Positions 49,201 to 61,470 of a stretch of 64,000 nt of DNA are shown in pieces (the first letter of the stretch is position 1; each line of letters starts with the position of its first letter). Made by a program: the position numbers and the translations under genes. The DNA is from Lama glama. Taxonomy: Eukaryota. The stretch spans positions 13,766,001 to 13,830,000 of the forward strand of contig CM052816.1 of assembly GCA_028534125.1 (NCBI GenBank), in the 5' to 3' direction. The notes below the pieces were generated by a model, which saw only the letters and a list, made by a program, of their open reading frames with translations, ran no database searches and was not told the origin of the DNA.

Positions 49201-49535
49201 AGAGTCATAGAAGAAAAAGGGCTCCTCATTGGAATGGAGGCCCCTGGGATCCGCATGGTCTTGAAGAAGAGATTTAGACATTGCCTAAAAACTGAACAGG
49301 AATTTTGAATTTTCTGTTGCCACCTTGGAAAGAGACGACCCTCCAAAACTGAGAGGAGAAGAAAAGCGAGACTGGGGTCCTTCTCAGTCTCCTTTGCTGG
49401 TGTCTTCTCACATCCTGGACATCAGGATGATGGGCAAGTCCTCGGATATGTCCATTCCTTTAACTCCGTATTAAACTAACTTCCTAGAGGATCTTGTAGC
49501 ATCTTGTGGCTTAAAATAACACCTATATGCTGATG

Positions 49536-49635
49536 NNNNNNNNNNNNNNNNNNNNNNNNNNNNNNNNNNNNNNNNNNNNNNNNNNNNNNNNNNNNNNNNN
49601 NNNNNNNNNNNNNNNNNNNNNNNNNNNNNNNNNNN
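49536..49635. other. Assembly gap (100 N)
   Basis: Run of N. Confidence 1.
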
Positions 49636-50615
49636 AAAAAGAGACAACCCAACTGACTAGAGGAAAATATTTGTAAATCATACTTTAGAGAGAGATTTGT
49701 ATCCAGAAATATATGAGGAATTCTTAGAACCCAAAAATAAAAGGACAAATAACCCAATTAAAAATGGACAAAGAATTCAAATAGATATTTTTCTAAAAAT
49801 GAGACACGAGTGGCCAAAAGCATATGAAAAATGCTCCACACCATTAGTCTTCTGGGAAATGCAAATCAAAACTCAATGAGATACCACTTCACGCCCACTA
49901 GGATGGCAATAATAAAAGAGACAGACAACAACAAGGGTTAGTGACTATCTGGAGAAATTGGAATCCTCATACATTTGCTGATTCGAATGTAAAATGGTGC
50001 AGCTGCTTTATAAAACAGTTTTAAAATTCCTCAAAAAATTAAGCAGAGTTACCCTATGACCTAGCATTCCACTCCTAAGTAAATACTCAAGAGAACTGAA
50101 AACATGTGTTCACACAAAACCTTGTACATAAATTTTCATAACAGTATTATTCATAATAGCCAGAAAAATGCAAACAACCCAGTTATCAATCAACTGATGA
50201 ATGTGAACAAAGTATGATGTACCTATACGATGGAATACTATTTAGCCATAGTAGAGGATGAAGGGCTGGTACTCATGGATGGGACTTTGAAAACATGTTC
50301 AGTGAAAGAAGCCAGACATCAAAGGCCACCTATTATGTGATTCCATTGTTATGAAATGTCCTGAATAGGCAGATCCACAGAGAGAAGAAGTAGATGAGTG
50401 ATTGCCGAGGGCCGAGTGGGCAGAAAAATGGGAGTGACTGCTAGTGGATTAGGAGGTTTCTTCTGAGGGTGATGAAATGTTCTGAAATTAGATTGTAGTA
50501 ATGGTCGCACAATCTCGTGCATATACAAAAATCCACCAATGTGTAAACTTCAGAAGGGTGAATTTTATGATATGTGAATTCCCTCTCAATAATGCTGTTA
50601 TTAAAAAAACCAAAC
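49636..50615 (+). mobile_element. L1MB-like ORF2 end and 3' UTR
   Basis: GGGAAATGCAAATCAAAACTCAATGAGATACCACTTCACGCCCACTAGGATGGC...CTCAATAATGCTGTT. Confidence 0.9.
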
Positions 50616-50649
50616 CATAGAACTGAGAAAAAACAATTTTAAGTCAGTA

Positions 50650-52135
50650 AACCGGACCTCTCCCCTAAACTCCAGCCTGGCACATCCTACTGTCTCCTTG
50701 ACATTTCTGCTTGGATGCCTAATAGACATCTCAGACTTAACATGTCCCAAACTGAATTCTCAGCATCTCCCAAAATTTGCTCCTCCCAAAGTTTTCTCCG
50801 TCTCAATAAATGCCAACCCGGTGCTTCCAGACACCCAGGCCAAAGAATTCACAGCCATCCTTGACTCTTGTCCTTCATCACAGCTTCCATCCAATCCTTC
50901 AATGAATCCTCCACTACCTCTAAGATATTTGTGGAATACGGTGACTTCTTACACTGTCGCATCTGTCACTCTGGTCCAGGCCACCATCATCTTTTGCCAG
51001 CCCTCTAATTGGTCTCTCCAATTCTATCCTTGCCCCGTTAGGAGCTAAACTGGGTTCCCTCCATATTCATGTGTTGAAGCGTTAACCCCCAGGATCTCAG
51101 AATGTGGCTACATTTGGAGATCTGCCTTGAAAGAGGGAATTAAGTTAAAATGAGACCATTAGGTAGACCTAATCACTCCCCAAGAGGACGTCCCTAACCA
51201 GTCTAACTAAAATAGAAACCTGATTGGTGTCCTTACAAGAGAAGGAAATGAGGACCCACAGAGAGACCAGGGCTTCATGGCTGCAGAGAGAAGACCCCCT
51301 GAGGACACACGGAGAAGACAGTCCTCTGCACGCCAAGGAGAGAGACCTCAGAAGCAACTACTCCTGTTGACATCTTAACTGTGGACTTCCAGCCTCCAAA
51401 ACGGTGAGAAAATAAGTCTCTGTTGTTTCAGCTACCCTGTCTGTGGTATTTTGTTGTGGCAGTCCTGGCCAATCTGCAAAACACCCCTCTACAACCTATT
51501 TTTCACACAGCAGCCAGAGTGATGTTTTAGAACCCTATCACCACTCTGCTCAACACTCTCATGTGCTGCCCACTTCCCTCAGAGTGAGAGTCACAGTCCT
51601 CACGTGGCCTGGAAGTTCTCATTTGCCTTCTGCCCTCATCTCCTCCCAGGGCTGCCAGGCTGCACAACTCCCAAGGGCACTGTGCACGTCCTACCCATTT
51701 CCCCACTGCCCCCCTCACTGTGCTCCAGCCCTGCTGACCTCTGGGAAATTCCTCAGACACACTAACTTCACCCGAGCCTCAGGGCCTTTGCACATGCTGC
51801 CCTCTGTGTCTAAAACACCCTACCCCCACATCCACGTGCCTCACTTCCTCCCTCTTCAGGCTGCTGCTCCAACATCACTCCCCAAGAGGACATCCCTAAC
51901 TGGTCTATCTAAAATAGAAAGATGCCTATACGCTGTTTCATTTTTCTTTCAGCACTTAGCACCACCTGACATATGATCATCATATATTTCATTGTTCCCT
52001 TGCATATTGTTTATTTCTCTCAATTGGCAAGGAAGCTCCCTGAAGTCAGGGACTTAACTTTGTTCCTATGGCTCTACCTCAGTGCCTAGGACAGAGCCTG
52101 GCCTGTAGAAGCTCAGTAAATAGTAGGTTATTTTT
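50650..52135 (+). mobile_element. L2a 3' portion, interrupted by MLT1B
   Basis: GACCTCTCCCCTAAACTCCAG...CAGCAGCCAGAGTGAT...CCTCAGGGCCTTTGCACATGCTG...AGTGCCTAGGACAGAGCCTGGC. Confidence 0.85.
51036..51483 (+). mobile_element. MLT1B-like solo LTR
   Basis: ATTCATGTGTTGAAG...TTAAGTTAAAATGAG...GGACTTCCAGCCTCCAAAACGGTGAGAAATAA...CTGTGGTATTTTGTT. Confidence 0.88.
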
Positions 52136-55100
52136 AACAAAGGAAAGGGTAAAAAAACTGAGGCTATCTGGGTCACTTTTAAGACTGATTGTTTTTCCCC
52201 TCACTAAAAAGCTCAGAACCAATCTATTCACTGTCTTCAGTAAGTATACTAGGAAATGTATGCAAGAACCTGGTTTTGTCTGTTTCCCTTCATTTTACTT
52301 TTGCTTTTACTCCTCTTATTGAGATACACTGTGTGCATTTCAGTCAGCTGCCTTTGTTTTCGAAATGATATTGAGTATAATGAAATGAATGTAAAAACAC
52401 ATTTTAAGAATGTCTCCAGCTTCTGGCCCTCTGGGATGGCTGTTTGACCTCTAGCTGTCCTGGGGGTGAGAGAAGGACACTTGGAGCACTCCCCGTGCAA
52501 ATCGCTGGGTGGACTTGGGTTTCCCCGGACTCAAGAGTTCCTGGGAGAATTCTTCTGAAGCCATATGAATTCTCCAAGGGACCATCAGCTGAAGCAGGAA
52601 AAAAAAAAAAAAGAGACTCTCTGAAGTCCTGATGGTCAAAGAGAATGGAAAAACTGCACTTTGGGGGAGGACAGTACATCTTCTCAGCCTATGAGGTGTC
52701 AGGCTGAAGTTGAAAGGAGAGCTTTTAAATTTGCCTGCCCCAAAGGGCACAAGGGCCGTTTCTGGGTTAGCTGCCTGGGTGCCAGCAAACACAGGCACAG
52801 AGTGACTATTGTCCGGCCAGCCAGGTTCCTAGAGAACGCTCTGCACTGGCTCTCAGCGACTCACACGCTGACCCCAGGGACAGGGACATGGGGGCAAAGG
52901 GTCCCGAAGCACTACTCAGACAGGCGGACTGTGACCCTCTGCTCCCTAGAGGTCAGAACTTGCCGCTGAGGCCAGGGCCAGGGCTTCTGACTTCTGAGAT
53001 CCATGTTCCCAATCTCTCTGCTCACATAGTCCTGCCCCCAGCCTGCGGGCAGAGTTCAAAGCCACACAGGTCTGGAAGCAGCTGTGACTTCCTCTCCCAG
53101 AGGAGGCTGCCAGCTACCACTATCCCCTTCGTCAAAGAACTGGGTGGTGTAGGCAGTTTTCCGAAGGTTCTCACAGACTCCCCTTCGCCCTCCAAAGCCT
53201 TGTCACATGCCAGGTGGGGAGCCCTGGTGTTTTTCCATCACAATTTCTCGGCTTCAGACTCAATGTGGCCTCAAGTTACATTGCTTTTCTACTTTCTTTG
53301 CTTCTTTGTGTTCTGTTGGCCAACACTTCCTCGGTGGCTGAAGAAGGCATAGTTGAGTGAGGAAAAACAAATCTAGGGTCTGCAGGATGGGAATTCAGCC
53401 TTAATTGTTGTACAGCAGTGGCTTCCCGAGTGTCCTGGTACTTGGACATCATTCGTACAGCAGTTCTCAAATGCAAACATGTTCAAGCTGCCGAGAGACC
53501 TGTGGTTAAAGTCACTTGTTAAAAATCTATACCTGTCTATTTAGTGAGCCTGGGTGGGACCAAGGAATGTGCGTTTTTAAACAAGGGCCCAGGTGACTGC
53601 ATGTAGGCAGCCTCGGGACCACATTGTGAGAAGCCAGCCCTCAGGAGCTGGTTAACCATCTCGGTGTCTGGGTCTGGCCACACACGATTCAGAACTTGCA
53701 GCTCTGTGTGTGTCCTTCTCCACAGAGGAATCCGGCACGCAGCTAAGCTGAGTGTCCCCTGCCAGAGAAATTATTTCATTCAGAAAAAAAGCAGCCAGAC
53801 CTTCACTTTTGAGGTCCTTTCCTCCAGGAGCACTCATCACCCTCTGAAAATCAAGGCACGACAGCTTTCGGCACAGAAATCCTGGAGAAAAACGCTCCTG
53901 TGCCCCAGCAGGTGAGATCCTTAAACAATCATGACTATGGAAGTGAAAACGATGATTGTCATCAGTTTCTAGAGCTTCTCTCTCTTTTCCTGGGTCTCAT
54001 GGGAATCCCCAAGGTGAATATGGCCACCTGGAGCCAGCCACCTGGCTGGGAGACCAGCGCTCCCTGGTACTCGGGAGCGAGGAAGGCATCTGTACCCATC
54101 CATCGCCCGAGCCAGCGTGGCTGGCACGCACCCTGAGCAGCTGCACATCACCGCCACACGGGCTCCTCGGTGCCCAGTGCCAGGTGGCTGCAACTGCCCA
54201 GGGCGAGGATGCGCTCTGTTCGAAAGGCAAACTGCACCTGGAGGGGACCGTGGAACCTGCAGGAATGCTAGAGTCACCTGAGTGCGGAAAGCCCAGTAGG
54301 GGAAATGAGCAGCCTCAGCCCTGAATCATAGCTGATTCAGCTGCAGGACTAGTGGTCAGACTTGCCTGTCCGGGCAGGCTGCTTCTCAGGGGGACCAGAC
54401 GGTTTCATCTGGAGTTTATGATAAAGTTGAGATCTCATTCAGATGAACGTAACCCTTATTTCTCAGTCCCCAAAAGACAAGTGGAATCATGAACCAGTCT
54501 TAAGCTTAAGCACCTGTCCTGATCTCCCGCCTCCAGTGGATATCACTGGGGTCATTTGAGCCATTGCTCTCTTTCACTCATTCATTCATTCATTCATTCA
54601 TTCAACTGCCTACTGTGAAATAATAACTCAGATTGTCTAAGGGATTGCTCTGGGCCAGGCGGTAAGCTAGAGCTGGCATGGGCATCTTATGCAGTTCTCA
54701 CCAAACGATATGAGCGAGAGACTCCATTTCACAGATGAGGAAACTGAGGATTGAGGAGGCGAAGCAGCCTGTCTAAGGTACCACAACCAGTAAGGGATGC
54801 AGCAGCCTGCCAGATGGTCAGCCCAGCTGGGTGCGCCGGTGGGTTTACTCACCCATTCATTCTGCAAACAAACCTTTGTTCTCTCTCTGCGGCCTGCCCC
54901 TCAGCCTACCCACCCTGCCGCCCAGCCTGGGTCCCTCTTCCTATCTACTAGCCTCTCAGGTGGATTCAAACCTGCTGTCCCCTGACTCCTCCTGGTGCCT
55001 TGTCACCACTCTCCCAATCTCCCCTCCACGCTCAAGCTCTTCTGGTGGTTGGCCTCTGAACCCTGGTGTTCCTCAGACTTTTCTGACACTCAGTCCCACG

Positions 55101-55529
55101 ACATTTCTCCTGGGAAGGTGTCCCTGACCCACTTCCTCCCCACACTCACGACTCCACAGTGCGATCCCATTGCATATGGAAGATGCCTTTATCCCAAAGT
55201 GACATCCCATAGGACATTGACACGTGGCATTTCTATTTGTCAGTATCCCCTATTACAATGGCTTCCTGAGGTTGGACTGGTGCCCAGCACCGTGCACGGC
55301 ACACAATGGGTTCTCAGTGTCTGTCCAACCGACCAGAACTGACTCACATGCCTCACGTACCGGGCATGGGCAATAAAAAAGCAGACCTGATATTTTAACA
55401 CAAGAAGGTGAACGCAACCTCACGAATATTACTCACGCTTGGAAGAGAGAACATGAGAGAAATCTGATAAACTCATGCTCGAAAGAGCGAAAAACATGAT
55501 GGAAATGCGGTAACTGGACTCTACAGGAA

Positions 55530-55765
55530 GGGCTATGGCATACAGGTTAAAAGCATGACTTAGGAATCCGACCACCTGGGTGTGAGTCCTGGCTCCCCCA
55601 CTTGGTAACTGAATGATCTGGAGCAAGCGCGTTTACTTCTCTGACACTTAATCCCGTCTATAAATGGGACCAACTCATCTTACAGGGTTGTGGGAGGAGT
55701 AAATGAGATAATCTATGTGAAGCATTTAAAACAGCACATTATTAATGTTTGGTGAATGTTATATT
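55530..55765 (+). mobile_element. MIR SINE
   Basis: GGTTAAAAGCATGACTT...CTTACAGGGTTGTGGGAGGAGTAAATGAGATAAT. Confidence 0.8.
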
Positions 55766-55977
55766 TATTTTTTGCTTATAATTAATGGACTTGGTAATAA
55801 AAGAGTGAGGGAGGAAACGCAGAAGAGACGACACAGTATTTTGAGAGTATGGTACAAATCCCGAGGTCAGATAAAAAATGCAGGTGAGACGTGGCCAAGC
55901 AGAGGCCCAGCTTTTAGATTTCTAATTAGCTGCCATATTTAAAAATGGAGAAACTTCATATTAAGAAACAAATCCAG

Positions 55978-56109
55978 CGGGGAGGGTACAACTCAGGTAG
56001 AGAGCGTGCTTAGCATGCACGAGGTCCTGGGTTCAATCCCCAGGACCTCCATTAAACAAACAAACAAACAAACAAACCTAATTACTTCCCCTCCACCCCA
56101 CCCCCCCAA
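55978..56109 (+). mobile_element. tRNA-Ala(AGC)-derived SINE (camelid Vic-1-like) inside a MER102-like fragment
   Basis: GGGGAGGGTACAACTCAGGTAGAGAGCGTGCTTAGCATGCACGAGGTCCTGGGTTCAATCCCCAGG, then (AAAC)n and CCTAATTAC; perfect 15-bp TSD AAGAAACAAATCCAG (55963, 56110). Confidence 0.93.
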
Positions 56110-57339
56110 AAGAAACAAATCCAGAGTTCCAACTTCTCTTGAGAAACTAGAAGAGTTGGCAGCTCTGGGCTCCTATTTCCCCACAGCAATAACTGTCCTG
56201 ATATGTGTAATAACCGTCCATTTGAGACCCAACATCTGACCTTGAGCTTCCCCCGCCCCTCCACGCCCGCTGTTTCTCACCTGGGCTTGCTCCACACTGT
56301 AGGCATCTGAGTTTGTGACCCGCCATAGCTGATGCCTTCTCAATACCAATATATTTTATTCTTATGCACGGTTCTCCTCTGCTCAAGAATCTCCTGTATC
56401 TCTCTAGCACTTCCATCATCAAACTCAAAGTGGAACTGTCACCTCCTCAGTATGGGGACCCAACCAGCGTCACTTCCCATGACGCCCCATCACACCCCAC
56501 TCCTCCCTGCTAGGGGGCTGGCATGGCCCCTCCGTCCCTTCTGCGCACCCGAAGCCCCTTCAAACCTTAGCGCACGTCCAGCCGCCCTCACGAGCTCCTC
56601 CCTCCCGCCGCAGCCCAGGGAGCGCTCTCCCTTCCCCAGGCCCGCCCTGCCCCGGGGGCAGGAGCAGCAGTGATCCCGGTGCAGCCCGGAGTTCTCCGTC
56701 TTGACCCCATACAGAAATCTGCCCTTGTCCACTCGGTTCTCTCCTTTCCCCCTGCCCTTTGGGGACCCCATCCCTGCTGGACCTATCCTTGGACTTTTGT
56801 GATTAAAAAAAAAGAAGAAGAAAAACAGAATGGGATAGGCGAAATAATAGGAAAAGAGATGTGGGAGGTTAGGGAAAAGAAAGCGAAAACCAGGGCAAAC
56901 CTGGGGCGGGCAGTTGAGAGGGGAGGGGAAAGGGAGGGACTGTAGCAGCCTCGGGTAGGGGCGGGTGCGGAGAAGAGAAAGGTGAGGACAGGGAAGGGAC
57001 CTTGGCAGGCGTCTGCTTCCTCGTGCAGCCACATCGCACCATTCGGGGCCCCCCTCGGTCTTTGGTTCCCGTGGCAACGCCACCATCTACAGGAGAGTGG
57101 AATCTCCATGAGGACAGACACCGTACTTAGTACTCCTTTATATCCCCCAGAGCCCAGGGATGCCACAGGTTCGTGCAGAACGACTGACCTCAGAAAACTC
57201 AGTGGTTCTCAGGTAAGTGACCTGAGAAGATCAAGAACGTGGGCTCTTCCATTTCACCTCCTGGCAGAAGTGTGATGAGATCGGATGGCAACGTGGTTTT
57301 GCTTCCCAGCCAATCACCAGGAAGATGCTCCGGACTGGA

Positions 57340-57535
57340 GAGCAGTGCTGCTCACGCTGGAGCCTGCAGCACCATCACCTGGGGGAGAGGAGGCGGAGGA
57401 GACGCTCATTAAAACAAATTGCGGCGCCGCGCCCCCAGGGCGTCTGATTCTGTCGGTCTGGGATGGGGAATTTGCTTTTCTAACAGCTTCCCAGGTGATG
57501 CTGATGCTGCGGGGACCACATTTGGAGAAACCCGG
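57340..57535. mobile_element. MER5A
   Basis: CAGTGCTGCTCAC...ATCACCTGGG...CTGATTC...TTCTAACAGCTTCCCAGGTGATGCTGATGCTGC...GACCACATTTGGAGAA. Confidence 0.8.
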
Positions 57536-58309
57536 CTCTCGAGTCCAGGGTGGATGTCTAACTCTGAGCCCACATCACTCACTTTCTGGAAGAAAAGTAA
57601 CAGTTCCTTCCTCCTCCCTTCGCTGCTTTAACCTTCCCCTTCAGTGTCTTGACCTGAACCATAGATACCCAAGGCAGGGTGAGGGTGCCACCTTGTGGCA
57701 TAAATGGAAAATTACCTGCACTGTAATGCACTCACTCAGCCTTAATAAAAGTTGCTGAACAAATTTAGTCTTACCTGCTTGACAGAAGATCCAGGGAAAC
57801 TTGAGATGTTCATCATTCCCTAGATCTGGTCCACGTGTAGAGGAAGGGCCAAGGGTCCATTCAGGTGGGTGATGGGTCAGATGCTTGGCCCAAAGGTGCC
57901 TAAGGACAACAGAAATAATTTATTCTCATGGCCTTGGGATTTTATAGTTTTAGGAGAATAGGCCAAACTGGATTACTCACTGAATTCTCTACTGGAGAAG
58001 ATGCCTTTGTAACATAAGTTAGAACTGAACAATTTCAAAGCCCTGGAATCACTATGTGGCTAAGAAGGGACCTTAGAATGACTTTGAACCGTTTCCTCCC
58101 TCACATTCCTGAAGTTAGAAAGCTGCCTTTATTAACTCTGGTCTAGTGTAGACACTCTGGTACCCAGCTCTGTCACCAATTGACTTGGTGCAAGCACGCA
58201 GCTTGTCAGCTTTTAGCAGGTGTTACAATAGCCTTATAGGATTTGCTGCCACCTGCTGCTCAGGTCTGGGATGTGCAGGAGTTGGTAACCAGGAAACTCC
58301 CTCAGCTGA

Positions 58310-58490
58310 GTAGGCTTCTCAGACTTCATAGTACATTAGAATCAGCTAGAGGGCTTGTTAACCCATAGATTTCTAGGCTCCATTCCCAGAGATTCTGATT
58401 CAGTGGGACTAGGATGGAGCCCGAGAAGTTGCGTTTCTACTGACTTCCTGGGTGACTGATGCTGCTGGTTGCAGGGCATACACCTGGATG
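58310..58490. mobile_element. MER5A
   Basis: CATTAGAATCAGCTAGAGGGCTTGTTAA...AGATTCTGATTCAGTGGG. Confidence 0.8.
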
Positions 58491-58577
58491 GCATTTGTAG
58501 TTTCTCCTTATGCCACACATATTGAGAGCTTGAGCATTAATCAGTCTAAGCCTGTAAATTATCAAGAGCCTCTAATT

Positions 58578-58803
58578 CAGGTTTCTCAGCGTGGACACTG
58601 TTGATATTCTGACCTGATAATTCTTTATTGTATGTGTGTTGGCGGTGGGTGGGGGGAGGTGTTGTCCCGTACTTTGCAGGATGTTTAGCAGCATCCCTGT
58701 CCTCTACCCAGTAGATGCCAGGAGCAGCCCCCGCCCCCCAGGTATGGACAATCAAACATGTTTCAGGCATCACCAGACGTGATGCCCCCACTGAGAACCG
58801 CTG
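58578..58803. mobile_element. MER20 hAT-Charlie
   Basis: TTTCTCAGC...GATAATTCTTT...TGCAGGATGTTTAGCAGCATCCCTG...TGAGAACCGCTG. Confidence 0.88.
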
Positions 58804-59129
58804 CTCTTCAAGGTGGGCAGATGTTCCTCTCCCACTGGGTAGACTGGGAAGGCATCCCCTAATATTATCTTAAATACCTAATGTACCAACCTCTAGTAAA
58901 CTCTCCGCTCTGTGGGTTGAAATAATAACAGGGAAAAAAAACCTTACACTTGTTTACCTCCTCTGGGCAAGGCACTCTGTTAATGCTTTTTCAATTACCC
59001 CCTTTAATTCCTACAACCACTCTTTTACTGATGAGGAAACTGAAGCTTTGACACGTTAAATAATTTGTCCAAGGTCATGGTTAATACCAGCTGGATCTGG
59101 GTGGGGCAAGGGGACTGTGGGTCTGAACC

Positions 59130-59465
59130 AATCAGCACAGTTCAATAAAAATATAAAGCAAGTCACAAATACAAGTCACGTGTGTACTTCTATGTTTTCG
59201 AGAAGCTGCATTTAAAAAGTAACCATTAAATTAATTTTAATATCTTATATGTCACCCAACATTGACATCAAAACTGTTATTTTAACATGCAACTAGTATT
59301 TGTTAATTGTTGATAGATTTTACATTCTTTTTTATTTTAATTCAGTCTTTGAAGTCTGTGCACATTTGACACTCACAGCACCTCTTCATGCCCACCAGCC
59401 ACACGTCAGGTTGCTCAAGGGCCACATGTGCCACTGGAGCCACGTGGCATCGCACAGGACTAGAC
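59130..59465. mobile_element. MER33-like hAT-Charlie
   Basis: ACACTCACAGCACCTC...TGCTCAAGGGCCACATGTG. Confidence 0.7.
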
Positions 59466-61109
59466 TCCTCGCCTCCGCCCAGCCACCCTCCAGCCTCGAT
59501 GTGTGGCACAGCACGTGCCAACTACACCTCAGTGCCCTTCAATTTCAGCCATTTTATCAGACCCTGTCTCTATCCCCGTACCCTGCAACCTGTTCTTGGA
59601 ATCTCCCTACTTCTTTTAAAATGAGGGCTACGGTTTTGTGAAACTTATCAAAGAAGAGAGTCCTCGTCTGGTGGCCAGACTGCTGACTGTCATCTAATTT
59701 TAGATCCGGTAGCTTTTCCAGTGGCTGCTTTCCCATAGTCTGTGTTTGTACTTGCATCACAGAGATCATTCATCTTATGAGACGCTAATCACTGAGGTGC
59801 ACATTTAATCACGCTCTCGTGTCTTCCGGATCAGCCCACACCATCTAGGGGTGTTCACCCTCATTCAGGGAGTCTGCCTTTCAGTAGCCCCTACAGGATG
59901 CTTCTCCCTGTAGTTCTCATGCTGTCTTTAGTGAATGTTCCTGCTCTCTTAGGAAACCAATTATTCTCTAGAGAATTTTGCAATTAGACCCCTTAGTCTT
60001 ACCACATTTGTTCATTAAAGTTTTACAGGCATGAAAATCAAAACAGATTTAAGTACTAAGGTCAACCTACCCCAATAAAAAGTTATAACAAGAGCTCATA
60101 CTTATGAAATGCTTCCTATGAGTCATGCACTGTGTTCAGTACTTTTTTTTTTTTTTTACTTTTTTCTCCTAATAGTTCCACCAGGAGGCTGCAATTACAG
60201 CTGCCGTCCTAGAGGTGAGGGGAGGAGGCACAGAGAGTTAAGAAACTTGCCTAAGGTCTCCCCGCTAACAATTGGCAGGGCTGGGAGTTGTTTCGAGGTC
60301 TGTTTGATGATAGAACTGATCCCCTAACTCCTGTGCTCCTCTGTGTGAAAGGTGATTTGCAAATGTTGCTTTTATTTCTGGGTCTGTGAGGGTGTGGTTC
60401 TAGATTATAGCCCTTCTCTTGATGGAGAAGAGAAAGAAATAAATAAACACAGAAATAATAGAATATACAATTCTCAGTATTTTAGGGACCGCCTTGGAAG
60501 AAAGCTGCCAGGACCACTCAGGACGCAGGGCTCTTGCCTTCAACGGGGGGTTGGGGGTGGGGTGGGATATGATTTGCTTTGAAGTTTTGTTTTGTTAAAC
60601 TTGTGCATGCTGCAAGGCTGAGGGGGAAAAAATTAAAGAGTTGGAGATACAGGGGGACTGAGAAAGGGGGTGGGTGTGCATCAACAAGGACCCTAAAGAG
60701 TCAGGACAGGGAGGTGTTTGAAGCCCACGTAGGGGACACATGTTTGCGGGTGTGATGCCAGAGCCTCCTGGCACCTGCATTGCCCTAACACCTCCCACTG
60801 TCGCTGATGGTCAACCCCTGTCGAGAGTCTCGGCCAAGCGGCTTGGGAAGTTAGGTGTTTACAGTCAGAAACACTTTCTTCCCACCGGACGTGACTTCTT
60901 ACCCCCTCAGTGAGGAAACGCACAACACGTACCTGCAGGCAGCCCCAGATGCACGAGACGTAGTTTGCTGCCAGAGACACCAAGGCTGTCTCCACCTAAA
61001 GCAGGTCTCAGTGGCCAGCCTCAGATCCCTGAAACGTTGCAGCATCTGGATTACCTTCCCAAACAGTCCTGTCAAAGCACAAACCGGTCAAAACAATCCA
61101 GAAAAGAGC

Positions 61110-61470
61110 AGCCATATTTACCGCAGCGTCATTCACAACAGCCGAAAGGCGGAGGCCACTATGCTAAATGCAACAGGCCAGTCCCGAAAGGATAAACACT
61201 GTATGACCCCACCCACCTGCAGTATCCAGAGTGGCCAGATTCATAGAGACGGGAAGTAGAAGGGTGGTTGCCAGGAGCTGGGGGGAGGGGCAACGCGGAG
61301 TTGCTGTCTCATGGGTACCAGGTTTCAGTCTGGGGTGATGGAAAGGGTTCTGGGGATGGACGGTGGAGATGGGCGCACAACGGTGCGAATGTACTTGACA
61401 CCACTAACTGTTTACTTAAAAACCGTTAAGATGGAAAATTTTGTTACGTGTATCTTACCACAATTAAAAA
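61110..61470 (+). mobile_element. L1MB3-like 3' end
   Basis: ATTCATAGAGACGGGAAGTAGAAGGGTGGTTGCCAGG...ACTTAAAAACCGTTAAGATGG...TTACCACAATTAAAAA. Confidence 0.85.

Noticed and set aside
56490..57086. 198-aa minus-strand ORF
   Set aside because: GTG start, a poly-Phe run from an A-tract and no homology; more plausibly regulatory DNA.
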